Shown: positions 25,445 through 37,100 of the stretch, piece after piece
Layout of the letters: every line of letters starts with the position of its first letter
Position numbering within the stretch: the stretch's first letter is position 1
DNA from: Catajapyx aquilonaris
Lineage: Eukaryota
Length of the DNA stretch: 64,000 nucleotides
Assembly: GCA_000934665.2 (NCBI GenBank)
Contig: JYFJ02001535.1
Coordinates: 1 to 64,000, forward strand
Direction: 5' to 3'
The notes under the pieces: model-generated
Databases searched by the model: none
The model's input: only the letters and a program-made list of their open reading frames with translations
What the model was told of the DNA's origin: nothing
Program-made: the position numbers and the translations under genes

Positions 25445-26782
25445 ATGGATGACTGGAAATGCGACAACTTTGCTATAGTCAGCAACACCGTCTTGAAGAA
25501 ACTGCAGATGACACGCCCTGGAGCTCGAATAGAGATTGTGTCCACTAAGTTTGGTACAGGAAAGAACCAAATGGCCAGCGGAGCCATGGGGACACTCGTC
25601 ACTTACAATGTTGTTGCTAAGGTGGACGAGAGTTGCGAGACCCATCATCTTGTGTACAAGAAAATGGTCGAGAAGGAAGGGTTTTTTCGCGATGTTGCCG
25701 CATATTCACAGTTTTACCAAAAGGAAATTGGGATGTATAAGGAGTTAATTCCATTCATAAACAAATTTCAAATAGATGTGGGAGTCACTCCCATACCTTT
25801 GGCTGTTCCGGAATTTTATGGAGGTACACTTGCCCAGGATTATTCATTCTTAATTATGCAAAATATTGGTGCTAGTGGCTTCAAAAATGCAGACCATAAG
25901 TACTTAGGATATGATGAGGTCATGGTGTGCGTCACTGAAATTGCTAAAATTCACGCCCTGGGCCATGCACTCATTTCTGAATATGACCAGGAACAACTTT
26001 TCGAGTCATTTCCATTCCTAAGAGATACAGTTTGCGTCAAGCACACCTTTCGTTACTCCTTTTACTTATGGTCTGAAAGCTATGAACATGCAATAGACAT
26101 GGTCAGAAGTGTGGACTATGAATTGGGCACAAAGATGGGAAAATATCATAACAAGTCGTATGATATACTTTGTCAGCAGATGACCAGATATGACCAACAT
26201 CTGCAGGGGTTGACCCATGCGGATCTGTGGTTCTCAAACATGATGTTTAAATATAACAACAATGGAGCAGCCATTGACGTAAAATTTCTGGATTTTCAAA
26301 CAATTCGTTTGGGATCTGCTACTACAGATTTAACATATTTCCTGTACAGCAGCACAACACGTGCTTTCAGAAACATTTATTACCGCGAAGTACTTGAGGC
26401 TTACCTTACCAGCTACAAAAGCACTCTCACCCACATTCATATGAACATATCGCCATCACTGACTTTGGATTACTTGATGCAAAAAATGAAAGAAACCCTT
26501 CCTTACGCAGTTGTATTTATGTCATTCGCTATGCCCATGCAACTAATGGATGGAGACCCCAAAGATGCTCCAGAAAAAATGATTGAAGTAAGTATCAAAA
26601 ATGATCATTCCATACAAGTACCCGAGCACTGGAAAGATGCGGATCAGCATATGAATGAAAAATCAAAGTCGGAACAAAAGAACCTGGTGCTGAACTTAGC
26701 TCACATCATGTACTCTTCAAATAATGTGAAGGAAAGAATGCTGGAATTTTACACAGAAATGAGCCACTTCGGAGTTATTTGA
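25445..26782 (+). CDS. EcKL-7, single coding exon (445 aa), recent paralog of EcKL-6
   Basis: Motifs IAKIHA, THADLWFSN, FLDFQ. 5'UTR intron 25265-25422. About 650 bp of upstream sequence is homologous to that of EcKL-6. Confidence 0.9.
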   Translation: MDDWKCDNFAIVSNTVLKKLQMTRPGARIEIVSTKFGTGKNQMASGAMGTLVTYNVVAKVDESCETHHLVYKKMVEKEGFFRDVAAYSQFYQKEIGMYKELIPFINKFQIDVGVTPIPLAVPEFYGGTLAQDYSFLIMQNIGASGFKNADHKYLGYDEVMVCVTEIAKIHALGHALISEYDQEQLFESFPFLRDTVCVKHTFRYSFYLWSESYEHAIDMVRSVDYELGTKMGKYHNKSYDILCQQMTRYDQHLQGLTHADLWFSNMMFKYNNNGAAIDVKFLDFQTIRLGSATTDLTYFLYSSTTRAFRNIYYREVLEAYLTSYKSTLTHIHMNISPSLTLDYLMQKMKETLPYAVVFMSFAMPMQLMDGDPKDAPEKMIEVSIKNDHSIQVPEHWKDADQHMNEKSKSEQKNLVLNLAHIMYSSNNVKERMLEFYTEMSHFGVI

Positions 26783-27084
26783 ACTCTATATGTTCGTCAC
26801 GTGTTTATCCTGACTCTATTTGCACTTGACCCAGAACCACTGTCTTAACCTCAGCCTGTTATGCTATTATAGTGTTCACCTGTTGGTACTGGTAATAAAA
26901 AAGTTTAAAAAATAATTGTAGTGATGACATGTATTCCAAGGCACTATCTGTTGTATTGCATTTTTAAAATATTTATTCCAGGGTGTATTTTCTATTTGAC
27001 CATCCTATGGCCTTCCTGTGTACTGGGGACTTACGCAAATTCGGAGAATTACACCTTACACCATATGTCCACCTTGTTTATGTA

Positions 27085-27510
27085 GGCCGAAAGCTATTAT
27101 GGTTCTTCTCATCTGATTCTGGAGAACATTATGGGTAGTGGGTTTCATAACGCCACCAGTACAGTTCTAAGCTACGAGGTCATGCTATGCGCTCGTGAAC
27201 TAGCCAAAATTCATGCTGTAAGTCACGCACTCCTCTCCATTCATAAAAATCAGCTATTGGAAAGGTTTCCCTTTCTCAAAGAAACAATATACCGAAAGGA
27301 AACATTTGGTTTGACATATTACTTGTGGACGCAGTGTTACCAATCAGCAATGGACATGATCAAAATCAATGACCTTAAATTGGGCATGAAAATGGAAAAG
27401 TACAGCAACAAAACATACGACACAGTTTTGCATCAGATGAACAGATGCGATGATTTCTGATCCACTCCGACTTGTGGTTTTCCAACATGTTGTTTAAGTA
27501 TGACCAAACC
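27085..27510 (+). pseudogene. EcKL pseudogene fragment (most like EcKL-4)
   Basis: Reads AES...LILENI...LAKIHAVSHALLSIHKNQLLERFPFL. A deletion/frameshift at about 27458 is followed by IHSDLWFSNMLFKYD in another frame. No N-terminus; interrupted by a SINE. Confidence 0.85.
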
Positions 27511-27516
27511 TACAAA

Positions 27517-27790
27517 GGGGGCAAGGTAGTTTAGTGGCTATGCTACTGGCCAGCCAGGCAGGTCTGGGGCTCAAATCCTGTTTCCATCACCTTCACTTGA
27601 TCAGGTCTTTTTCTGCCTTTCACCCGACATGTCCAGGCACACCTGCACTCCCTTCTCTGCCCAGGGCCAAGAGAAAAGGTCTGGTATTTAAGAGGGTCAG
27701 AAATGACTGGAAACCATTTAAGAGCGCCCTCCCTTGGGAATCGCCCCTGCTGGCTCTAGCATGGGATAGAAAAACAAACAAACAAACAAT
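27517..27790 (+). mobile_element. tRNA-derived SINE
   Basis: 5' GGGGG, A-box-like TAGTTTAGTGG, B-box-like GGCTCAAATCC, (AAAC)n tail and a degenerate target duplication CAAACCTACAA/CAAATCTATAA. Confidence 0.7.
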
Positions 27791-28173
27791 CAAATCTATA
27801 AGTGCAATTTCAGAACTCCAGATGCCAATGTGTCCAAAAAGTTGCAGGTTATGGGTTGAGGGGAGTATGGGTCAGTTATGTATTGATGGTCACATAAGTG
27901 GGCACAACAAAAAGATACCACATAATACTAAAAACTTTATTATCCATTTACAATTAATCTGTACATTTGTATAGCTGAAGCCTGAAGTGATACCTGAAGT
28001 GAGAAGTTGGCAACTCCCTCTCTAGTTCACACATCTGGCCTTATAAAATTACTTGTAAAAGATATATAAAATCAATATGACACAACATTTTAAACATCAT
28101 TTGACACATTATTTTAAAAATACTGCAATGAGAAACAAAATCAAACAGATACTGTAATTCCACAAAATGCACG

Positions 28174-31100
28174 TCAACGCCGCACCTTGCGGGTTCGCAA
28201 CACTCTGCATGGCTCCTCCTCTGTAACGTCACACTGAAAGATAAGCATGGTGTCAAATATCCATCCATGAAAAAAATGCAATAGGAACAAACAATTCCTT
28301 ACAGGAGATGCATCAAGCAAGTTAGGCTCTTCTGTATGGAGCTTTCTTGTACTTTTAGACATAGAAGTCGACTGCTGAGGCTGGGGTGGGGTCTTGAATG
28401 GTACTGAATTCTCGACCTCCTCGTCACTCTCCTCGGGCCTGTGCTTTATGCGGCCACGTCTAGCACGGCTGTTGAAATAAAGTTGCCAATTAGAATCTGG
28501 CACAGTTTATCAGGAATGGCTGAGGAATTCACTTGACAGTACAAATTTCCCTAAGAAAATGCTAACTACTACCAAATAATTATTTGCTATTTATTTTGCA
28601 CATGTATTGTAACCCTTAAGTCTGAAATATATTACAGATTCACATTTACACAGCTCTTTTTACTGCTACATGGTGCTTGACCATCAACAACTTCATGTAA
28701 AATTGTCAAGCCTTACTTACCTGGTGCTTGCACCCAAATCACATTCGCCATTCTTCTTTCCCTTGGCAGCCTTCTTTAGTTTGTGAGCCTTTGTCTTTTC
28801 CTCATCCGACTGAGGCAGGTCCCTCTCGTCTGTCTCAGATGCAGACACTGCCATCCTCCCACTTCCATTTACGCCTGCAGCACAGGCCATCTCATCCCTC
28901 CTCGGAGTGTTGTGCAGCACACGCGCCAGCTTGATGTTCTCCTCCTTCAGGCACCTGACTTCTTCATGTTTCTTCTTCAGGCAATACTCGTAATGTGCAA
29001 CGAGCTGGTTGCGGTTCTCCGTGAAGCTCTCTAACTCCATTTCAACATTTTCTTTTTCATGTTTGTTCAGCTCCAGATCTTGAATTGTTTTCTCAAGCTG
29101 CTCCTTGAGCACCTGCACAGATCCACTGTGGAAAGCTACGGACTGATTCAGATCTAATCGACAAGACTCAGCATGTGCCTTCTCCTGCCTGGAAGCACAA
29201 GTTATAAATAAGAACACTTCTTTATTTTCAAGTATCGGTACTTCTGAAGATCTCGGCAGAAAAAAGCACGAGGCCCACCTTAATTTAACTTGTAATTCTG
29301 CAATTCGCTCTTCTTTCTCCTCTTCCACTGCCTTCCTCCTCTCCAAGGCAGCAGCGTTATCTTTCAGCAAAGTCTTGATTTCTGATGGTGAAATGTGCAT
29401 AGCATTATTAATACGAGAGAATAAAACTTTGCAAAAAAAAAACTGACCAGCTTCTAGTTTGGATGATTCTGCTTGCCACTGCACTTCCGCTTCCTGTGGG
29501 CCAAAGAGAACAGTATAAATTGTCAATGATAGCAGTAAATCAACTACAGATTTATTCTTCAATCGAACAACCCTGCAATGGGGTACTAGTAGCCTGTTCA
29601 CTGAGTAGTACAGGCTCAACAAAATTCTTTCAAATGGTTTCTTAATGGATTTCACCACTTTTATACCTCCACTAACTTAAAAAAAAAAAAAAAGCCTACC
29701 GAAATCTGACTTGGGGGAAGTGCCTGAGAATAGAATATCGTCGGCCGGCGATCAAAACCTCGTAACTCCATTTTGCGCGAAAATGGACTTATGAGTGAGG
29801 TCAGTCGAGAAAATAATCACCCGTGTATACGCTCAAATCCTCGTACCTCCAGTGACATCACAATGACATCTATTGACCAATTCTGAAACATGAATTGTTA
29901 GCATGAACAGAAACATGATTTTACAAAATGTTTTTTGTCCCTCCTGTAAAATTTGGTCTTGAGGAGTTACGAGGTTTTGATCACCGGCCGACGATATGTC
30001 AAATTCAAGTAATGACTCCCTCTAAAAAAACAGTTACAAACCTTACGGGTGAATATATGGTGTAGTATATCGATTTGTATGTTTACGAGGGAGAGGAAAC
30101 CAAATATGCAACTTAAAATGTGATTTGACCTCACGACATAAGTCTTTCACCTAAGCTCCTCTTGACCTGGAATCTTGGACAGTACACCAGCCGATGTATG
30201 CCAGCTGGCACTTAATCACATGGCATACAGTCAGTGACTAATCTGTGGAAGAATATCATAAACGAAGATTTGACCAGATATGGATTATTTTCACATCGAA
30301 TAACAGTAGTATAAAGCAGTAAGAAATCTATATCAATGAACAAGCATTTTGACATAAATGAAGCTGAAAAACATAATCATGCTGCTGATACTTAATTGTA
30401 TTGATACAGTTTAAAATGCAATGAAATATTGAACGATACTCCCACGTATCTGTGCATCATCACATTTTCAGAAATTCATCATACTAGTAGTCAGTGGTGT
30501 CACTGGAATAATGAATTTGCCGATTTGAGCATGTTATCCCATTACACTGACCACACACCAAGTTACATTTATACATCGAAACAATTAAAAATGTTTAATG
30601 TATATTCCATAAAATAACCAGTAACATTAAGTGTTTTTTCCATGGAGCATTTTTTGGCGGCCATTTTGTGATGTCAAATCACATTTTAAGTTGCACATTT
30701 GGTTTCCTCTCCCTCGTAAACATACAAATCGATATACTACACCATATATTGAGCCGTAAGGTTTGTAACTGTTTTTTTAGAGGGAGCATTCTTGGCAGTC
30801 ATTACTTGGATTTGACATATTCTATTCAGGTACTTTCCCAAGTCAGATTTTGGTAGACCTCTTTTTTTTTTTTTAAAAAAAGAAGTTTAGTGGAGGCATG
30901 AAAGTGACGAAATCCGTTGAGAAACCACTTGAAAGAATTTTGCTGAACCTGCATTGGATATTTCTGTTTAATGATCGGACTACTTACCTTGGTCTGGGAT
31001 TTGGGTAATTTGCACACGAATAGCTCAACCAATACATATAAACATGCATTCCACCACTTTTCAGAAGCAAAATGTCATTACTCGATAAATAATAGGGGGT

Positions 31101-34100
31101 TCAAAATTCATTCTGAGATTAGCGGGGAAAGGGGGGGGGGGGGGGNGTCCTAAAAGCACACTCCCACTCCTGCTTATCACCAGTGACATCAGCAGACTGT
31201 TGCCTGGCGGTCGTTCGATTTGGCTTATTTACTGGTGGTCCTGTTTGATTCAGGGCTTTACTGGTGGTTGTTCGAATCCATTGTTAGGCAACAAACTTCG
31301 GAACAAAGCAGCCAGGTGCATTCCTGCCTCTGCACCGATCTGTTTAGCTACAGTGACGTCAGAGAGCAATACGATACAGTTTAATTATCATTATCTTAGA
31401 TCGATCATAGCTTGAAAACTAATACAGGAAAACTTCTTTAAGCTGAACTTCCCGAAGTCGAAGTTTCTATAAGGTTCTATAGAAAATTATGAGCTTGGTT
31501 GGTCAGAATATAAAATAATAAGAATTAAACTTCCCTAACTCGAATTTTTATAACTCGAAGTGCAGGCAGGGGCTTACGATGGATATTGATGCATTTTCAG
31601 TCTCCCTAAGTCAAAGTTCATGTTGGTGAGTACGGAAAATTCTCATTTCCCAGCCGAAGTAGGCCACATGTACAGAAAGGCTTTCCTGATCTCCATCTAC
31701 CAAAAGAAGTGTTTGACTTGATTGTGACAATTTATTGAATCCTTTATTAAGAGTGAGACCTGATATAAGAGTAAGTAAATGTCCATAATGGAGTTTTTTT
31801 TTACAACAAAACAATGAGGAACATTGAAGCGTGATAGTGAGTTATTTTAGACTTTTTTCAAGAAAGAAAGTCTTATAGAATGGATGTCTGTCTGTCTGTG
31901 GACAGGCATCACACAGATAAGACACTCGTGCTATAAGATTTCCTCCCCCCCCCGATTTTTGGGTTCCAGGTTCACTCTATCTGCCCCCTCCCCCAGATCA
32001 CCCTTCCTCCTTCCCTCCTCCTACAAAAAAACTTCACAATACACTTCAGTGAGAAAAGTTGAACTTTTCTTCTGCAACCAACTTCACGAAGTCTGGTGTA
32101 GGCGAAGTTGTGACAATTTGCAAGCAGGCTTCCAAATGGGCTTATGACAGATAGTTTCGGTAATTATTATTTTTGATCATGTCCTCTGTGTCCACTTTCT
32201 TCCTATTCTTCACGGGTGCCCCAAACTACCCTTTCGACTCACACCACACAAGAACTGTACAGTGTTTCCGCAAAACGTTGTAAGTACCATGTTGGACGAA
32301 ATTCACCTTCAGTGTGCATTTGGTTGTATGTACCTTGCTCGAGTTACTGGTGAAGTGGCGAGCAGGCGAGCCTACAAAATCAGTGGCGGCCAATAGTGGG
32401 CCACAGAGCGAGTCTTATTCATCCATGGCTGTGTATCTAAAAAAAAACTCTCTCCTGAAAAATTTGTGAATCGGTACTTACAACGTTTTGCGGAAACACT
32501 GTACTGATCACTTGGAAAACCAGCGAATATCTGCACCAAGACCTCTGAGAAGTCCCAATGTAGAACCAAGAATGAGATAAAAGGAAATGCGGCTGATAGT
32601 TTCTGTCCTTTCCCAGTAGTGGGCTAGTAAATGGATCTCATGGTAGCCTACCCCTTTTATACAAACTATGGCGAGTCCGTTCAAGTAGGGGTCATCTCTT
32701 GGAAGTGAAAACATGTACAGAAAGGGTCAAGGGCCTATCTTAGGCAGGACACGTTGAAACATTTTTCCATTTGTGATATGACAAAATTGCACATTGGTCC
32801 ATCAGTTGAATAGCCCTGGTCTAAAAGATGGGTTTGATAGGATAGATTTTTTAAAGAGGAAAGGGGCGGTCTGGGGGTAGGAGGAGAGAGGGGGAATAGG
32901 GTAAGTCCACTTATGGCCGAAAATGAGTTACGGGTGGTTTCAGTTTCAGTCCCAGTCCCGTGAGGGATTTTGGGGACAATAGCAGTAAACATGAAAAAGT
33001 CTACTTTAATCACGCTCATGTGATTTGCCATTCTTGCTTAAGTTTCGAACACCTTTTGTTGCTGGATATAAACGCAAGCTTCCTTATGGAGTTATGTGCT
33101 TAAAAATTTCCAAACCTTCTCTAACAAGCAGGGATGGAAAAAGAACCGCTTCTTTGGGAGGAAGCGGTTCTTTTTCCATCCCTGCACATGGAAAAAAGAA
33201 GCGCTTCTTGGAAGGAAGCGGTTCTTTTTCCATCCCTGCTAACAAGGTTTTCCCTGTCCTATGGAGATTTGATGATAGAAGTTTTACTGTATGTATTGCT
33301 TCAAACAAAAAAACACCAAAATTCATTTAAAAATAAGGACGATTTTTTTTACATATCTTTGCAAAATGTAGGCTAGGACTCCATTCTGCCAAGATATTTG
33401 GGGCAATGTCTTGGCTACTACTGTAGATAAACATTCTGATATGTTTCTACTCTCGTCCATTATTTTTATATACCTGTCACAGTCACTTCGTTGAAATTAG
33501 TTCTAATAATTTCTAGTAAATTTGAAACAATAATATTGTGCCCTCAGGTCGAAGTTACTTGGTACAAGTTCAGGCTTTTAGGGTAAGGTGATTTTCATCT
33601 CAAGTACACAATCATAGAACTTTCTGCAGCTGTTATTTCTCACCTTCATGTGCCTCTCCTTCTCGACCAGTTGATTCTCCAACTGCAACATGAAAAGTAT
33701 GCATGAGTTTCCCTTTCCTTACCCGACAGTCAATGCCATGAATAATTAATTATTTTCATACCTTATGCAACTTATGGTGTGCTTCCATGCAGGCAAGACT
33801 CTTTTCCTCCAAAACCTTATTTAGGTCACAATTCTTGGCGATTGCTTCGTAATGGCTGGTGCTGCTCTCCTGGACTTGCGAAGTCATTGTATTCAATTCT
33901 GAATCAAGATTCACATATGAAAAAAAAAATAATTCAAATCTAGTAGCCTACAATAAAAACAAAAAATAGTTACCAGCTGCAAGAGCTTCACATTCCAACT
34001 CCTTTTCCTTGAGAGAAACTTGCACTGCAATCTTTTCCATCTTGAAGAAAAAACCATGGTTAGTATAAATTGAAATAATTGATCAAGTGTTATTACCTTA

Positions 34101-37100
34101 AGTGCGTCAACAACTTTCTTGGAAACTGTGCTCTTGTCATCAAACTGCAAAGGAGGAGGGGAAACATTCACATCCAATACAAAATAAGGACAGATTTCAA
34201 TTAGCTAAATGGGAAGTGAAGGTCAGTCTTTTATGTGTAACCCTTGAAATGATGCAACTGCTGTTCTCTCCACTGGAAAGGATACAGCTATTTGTTTTCT
34301 TTTGGGCAAAAAAACTGGCTTTTTCATTCCCACCTTTGTACTCCTTACTCCCTATTTGTACCTTCAGAAACAGGCCCTCGAGGTCCACACACAGTGATTC
34401 ACCCATCTGAAGTCTGTCCTTGAGCAAGCTCACTTGCCTACGTGATTCCGCCCCCTCCTCTACCAGCTCTGCCACCTTCACCTTCAGTTCATCCCTCTCA
34501 CGTTCCGCAACTCCAAGGTTTAAAAGGGAAGAGTGAAGCTCTGTCTTCAACGACTCTACCTGTGATGACAGTACTATCTCCAACTGTTCGAGTCTTGAGC
34601 ATTCCCTCTCCAAGCTTTCAGCATGCTGACTCTTTGCCCGCAGCTTAACCTCTAGCTGGGTAACCTTGGACTCTGCTTCCTCCAGGGACCTGGTCTTCAG
34701 CTCAATTTCTCCATCTTTGTCACATCGCTCCATTATCAGTCTCTCCATGGTCACATTCTTGTTTCTAATCTCATCCTCCAGCTCTTTCATTTGCACTTCC
34801 AGAGCCTCCTTTTGCTCCTGGATCAACTTACATGCTGTCCTCTGTGTCTCCAGCAGGTCAGACATTTCATCAGAATCTGATGCTTTGTTTGTCAGAACCT
34901 CCTGCAATAGATCTGGATTCTCCTTTGACTCAACCAAATGAATCTGTGATGTCTGTTCAGTAGTTTCAGGTTGCTCTTCCAGTGCACTGGTCTTTGCATC
35001 CAGTTCAGACTCCAAGGTCTTGCACTGGGATTCAGCTTTCTGCAATTGTCCCCGGCACTCAGCCTGTTGAGTTTCCAATTCCTGGAGGGCTTGGGAATTT
35101 GCTTCCAGGCGTGCTTCTAGCTGATTCAGGGCCTCAGCCTTCTGTTCTACCACAGCTTTCTGCTCTTCAAACTGTTGTCCGAGATCATGCAGCTGTTGCG
35201 TCGCCACACCCAAATCAGACTCGAGACGCTTAGCTAGCGCTGCAGATTGCGCGTGTTGCTGCAAAACATCCTGATGCTTGGCCTGTAGCAAATCTAGGGC
35301 CTCATTCTTGGCTAAAAGCTCTGTTTGCTTTTCTTCCAATGACTGGGCCATTGTCTTCAGGTTACCTTCCAATGTTCTGCCGTGTGATACCACTTGCTGT
35401 AGTTCTTGTTCCAAGTCCACTGCCCTGGCCTCAGCCTTCTCCAACATCTCAGTCTTAACTTCCAGCTGCCCTGACTTGTCATAGAGGGCTTCTTCAGCCG
35501 CATCCCTTCCCTTCTCAGCCTCCTCCAGATTGCAGTCCAATTCCTGTTCTCTCTCCTCCAGGTGAGCCAGTTCCCTTTCTTTCAGGTTCAGGGTGTCAAA
35601 CATTTCCTTTAGTTTTGCTTCCTTCTTACCAAGGGCCTCTTCTAATCCCTCGATGGTAGCACTCTTCTCCTCTACTTGAGACTTTACAGCTGTCATGGCG
35701 TCTGCACAGTTCTCTTGCTCTTTAAGTTTCACGTTCATGGCTTCCATCTGTAATTGCATAATTACTATAGTCTCCTGCAGCGAGGCCACATCTGTGCTGC
35801 CACCGTGGCCTTTTCTTGCAAGCTGGTCAGCCAAAGAGAAAAGGTTCATGTCAGTTCCAGCATTTCACTGCATGTTTTCAAAACCACAAGGCAGTCAGCA
35901 TTCAGCCGAGTGGCCAATTTATTTCATCAAAAGGATTACCAGTATTTCTTATCCCTGTCAGTTCTCTGTAATTAATGCTTAACATAACCACTCACCACTT
36001 CCACAAGCCTGTGGTAGTCACATGACCTAGTAATATGTATTTCCTACAACGAGAACTACGTCCAAAATTGGTGCCACATGTATCCTAGAACTAGGCAACC
36101 ATCAGCACTTGTATTTTTATTTCCAGACTTTGCCTCAGGTAAGTGCTGTTGGTTGCATAGCACCAGAATATTATGTTCAGAGGAAACATTTTTAAAACAT
36201 GCAGTATATTCATGTCTCCTTGCACACCCATACCTTAAACTTTTTCTACATGACTTGAACAAGAGTAAGAGTAGTTCAGACACTTCCAGTGTCCATCACC
36301 ACTGACGCTACCTGCAGAGCTCCTTGCAATTGTTCAAGTTTTTCATTCTGAGATTCACATGAGTTTCGTGATTCTTCTAGGAGAGCTTCTAGCACAGAGA
36401 GCTGTCCTGCCATGTCTTCCAGGGCTATATCCTTTTGGGTTACTTGGTCCCTCAAATCTTCAACTGCAGCCTCTGAAACTGCCAGCTCCTGGTCCAAATC
36501 CATGCATGTTCGTTGTAGTTCGGCCTTACGGTTGTTTAGCCGCTGAAATAAACAATGTCAATCACAATTTTCAGAGTGGACAGAGCTGCCTTCACAAGGA
36601 GAAACACCCCATCTTCAAAACTAGTAAGGGTGCCGTCATTTGCACGTTTTGCACTACTCCCCCCTGGTTGAAATGGAAAGAAATAGAAGTTGAAATATAA
36701 TCGTAATGCCATACTATTCATTTGAATTTTCTTGAAGTTTAGTTTCTGCTTTCACAAATGATACTTTTAAAAGAGTATTATTGCATTACACATTTTCCAC
36801 ACCAGGAGATAATGAAAATAAGTAACATGAGTACTAAGCAGACTTCAACTACCAAGAAGGCTTCATACAATGAGGGTTTCCAAACGTGCTGTAGCCCCTA
36901 AGAATATTATTATTTCCGGCATGGCTGTAGTGTACAATATGCATCAGGATTTAGGCCCATGTCTTACCAGGAGCTCTTCGTCCTTATCATTAACGGCCTT
37001 GACAAGATGGGCCAGATTATCTGCATCTGATGATGTAGACAGGCGAGCCAGGCCTTTCAACTGGCTCTGATGCATCTGTTGTAGTTCGGACATCTGAAAC

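Larger units (their letters stand above)
31425..33289. mobile_element. pogo/Tigger-like MITE, copy 2 (interrupted twice)
   Basis: TA|CAGGAAAACTTC ... GAAGTTTTACTG|TA. Colinear with 13897-14543 outside the two insertions. Confidence 0.85.

Noticed and set aside
28717..29658. 313-aa minus-strand ORF as a separate gene
   Set aside because: It is three KIF20 exons joined through stop-free introns and extended into a transposon end.
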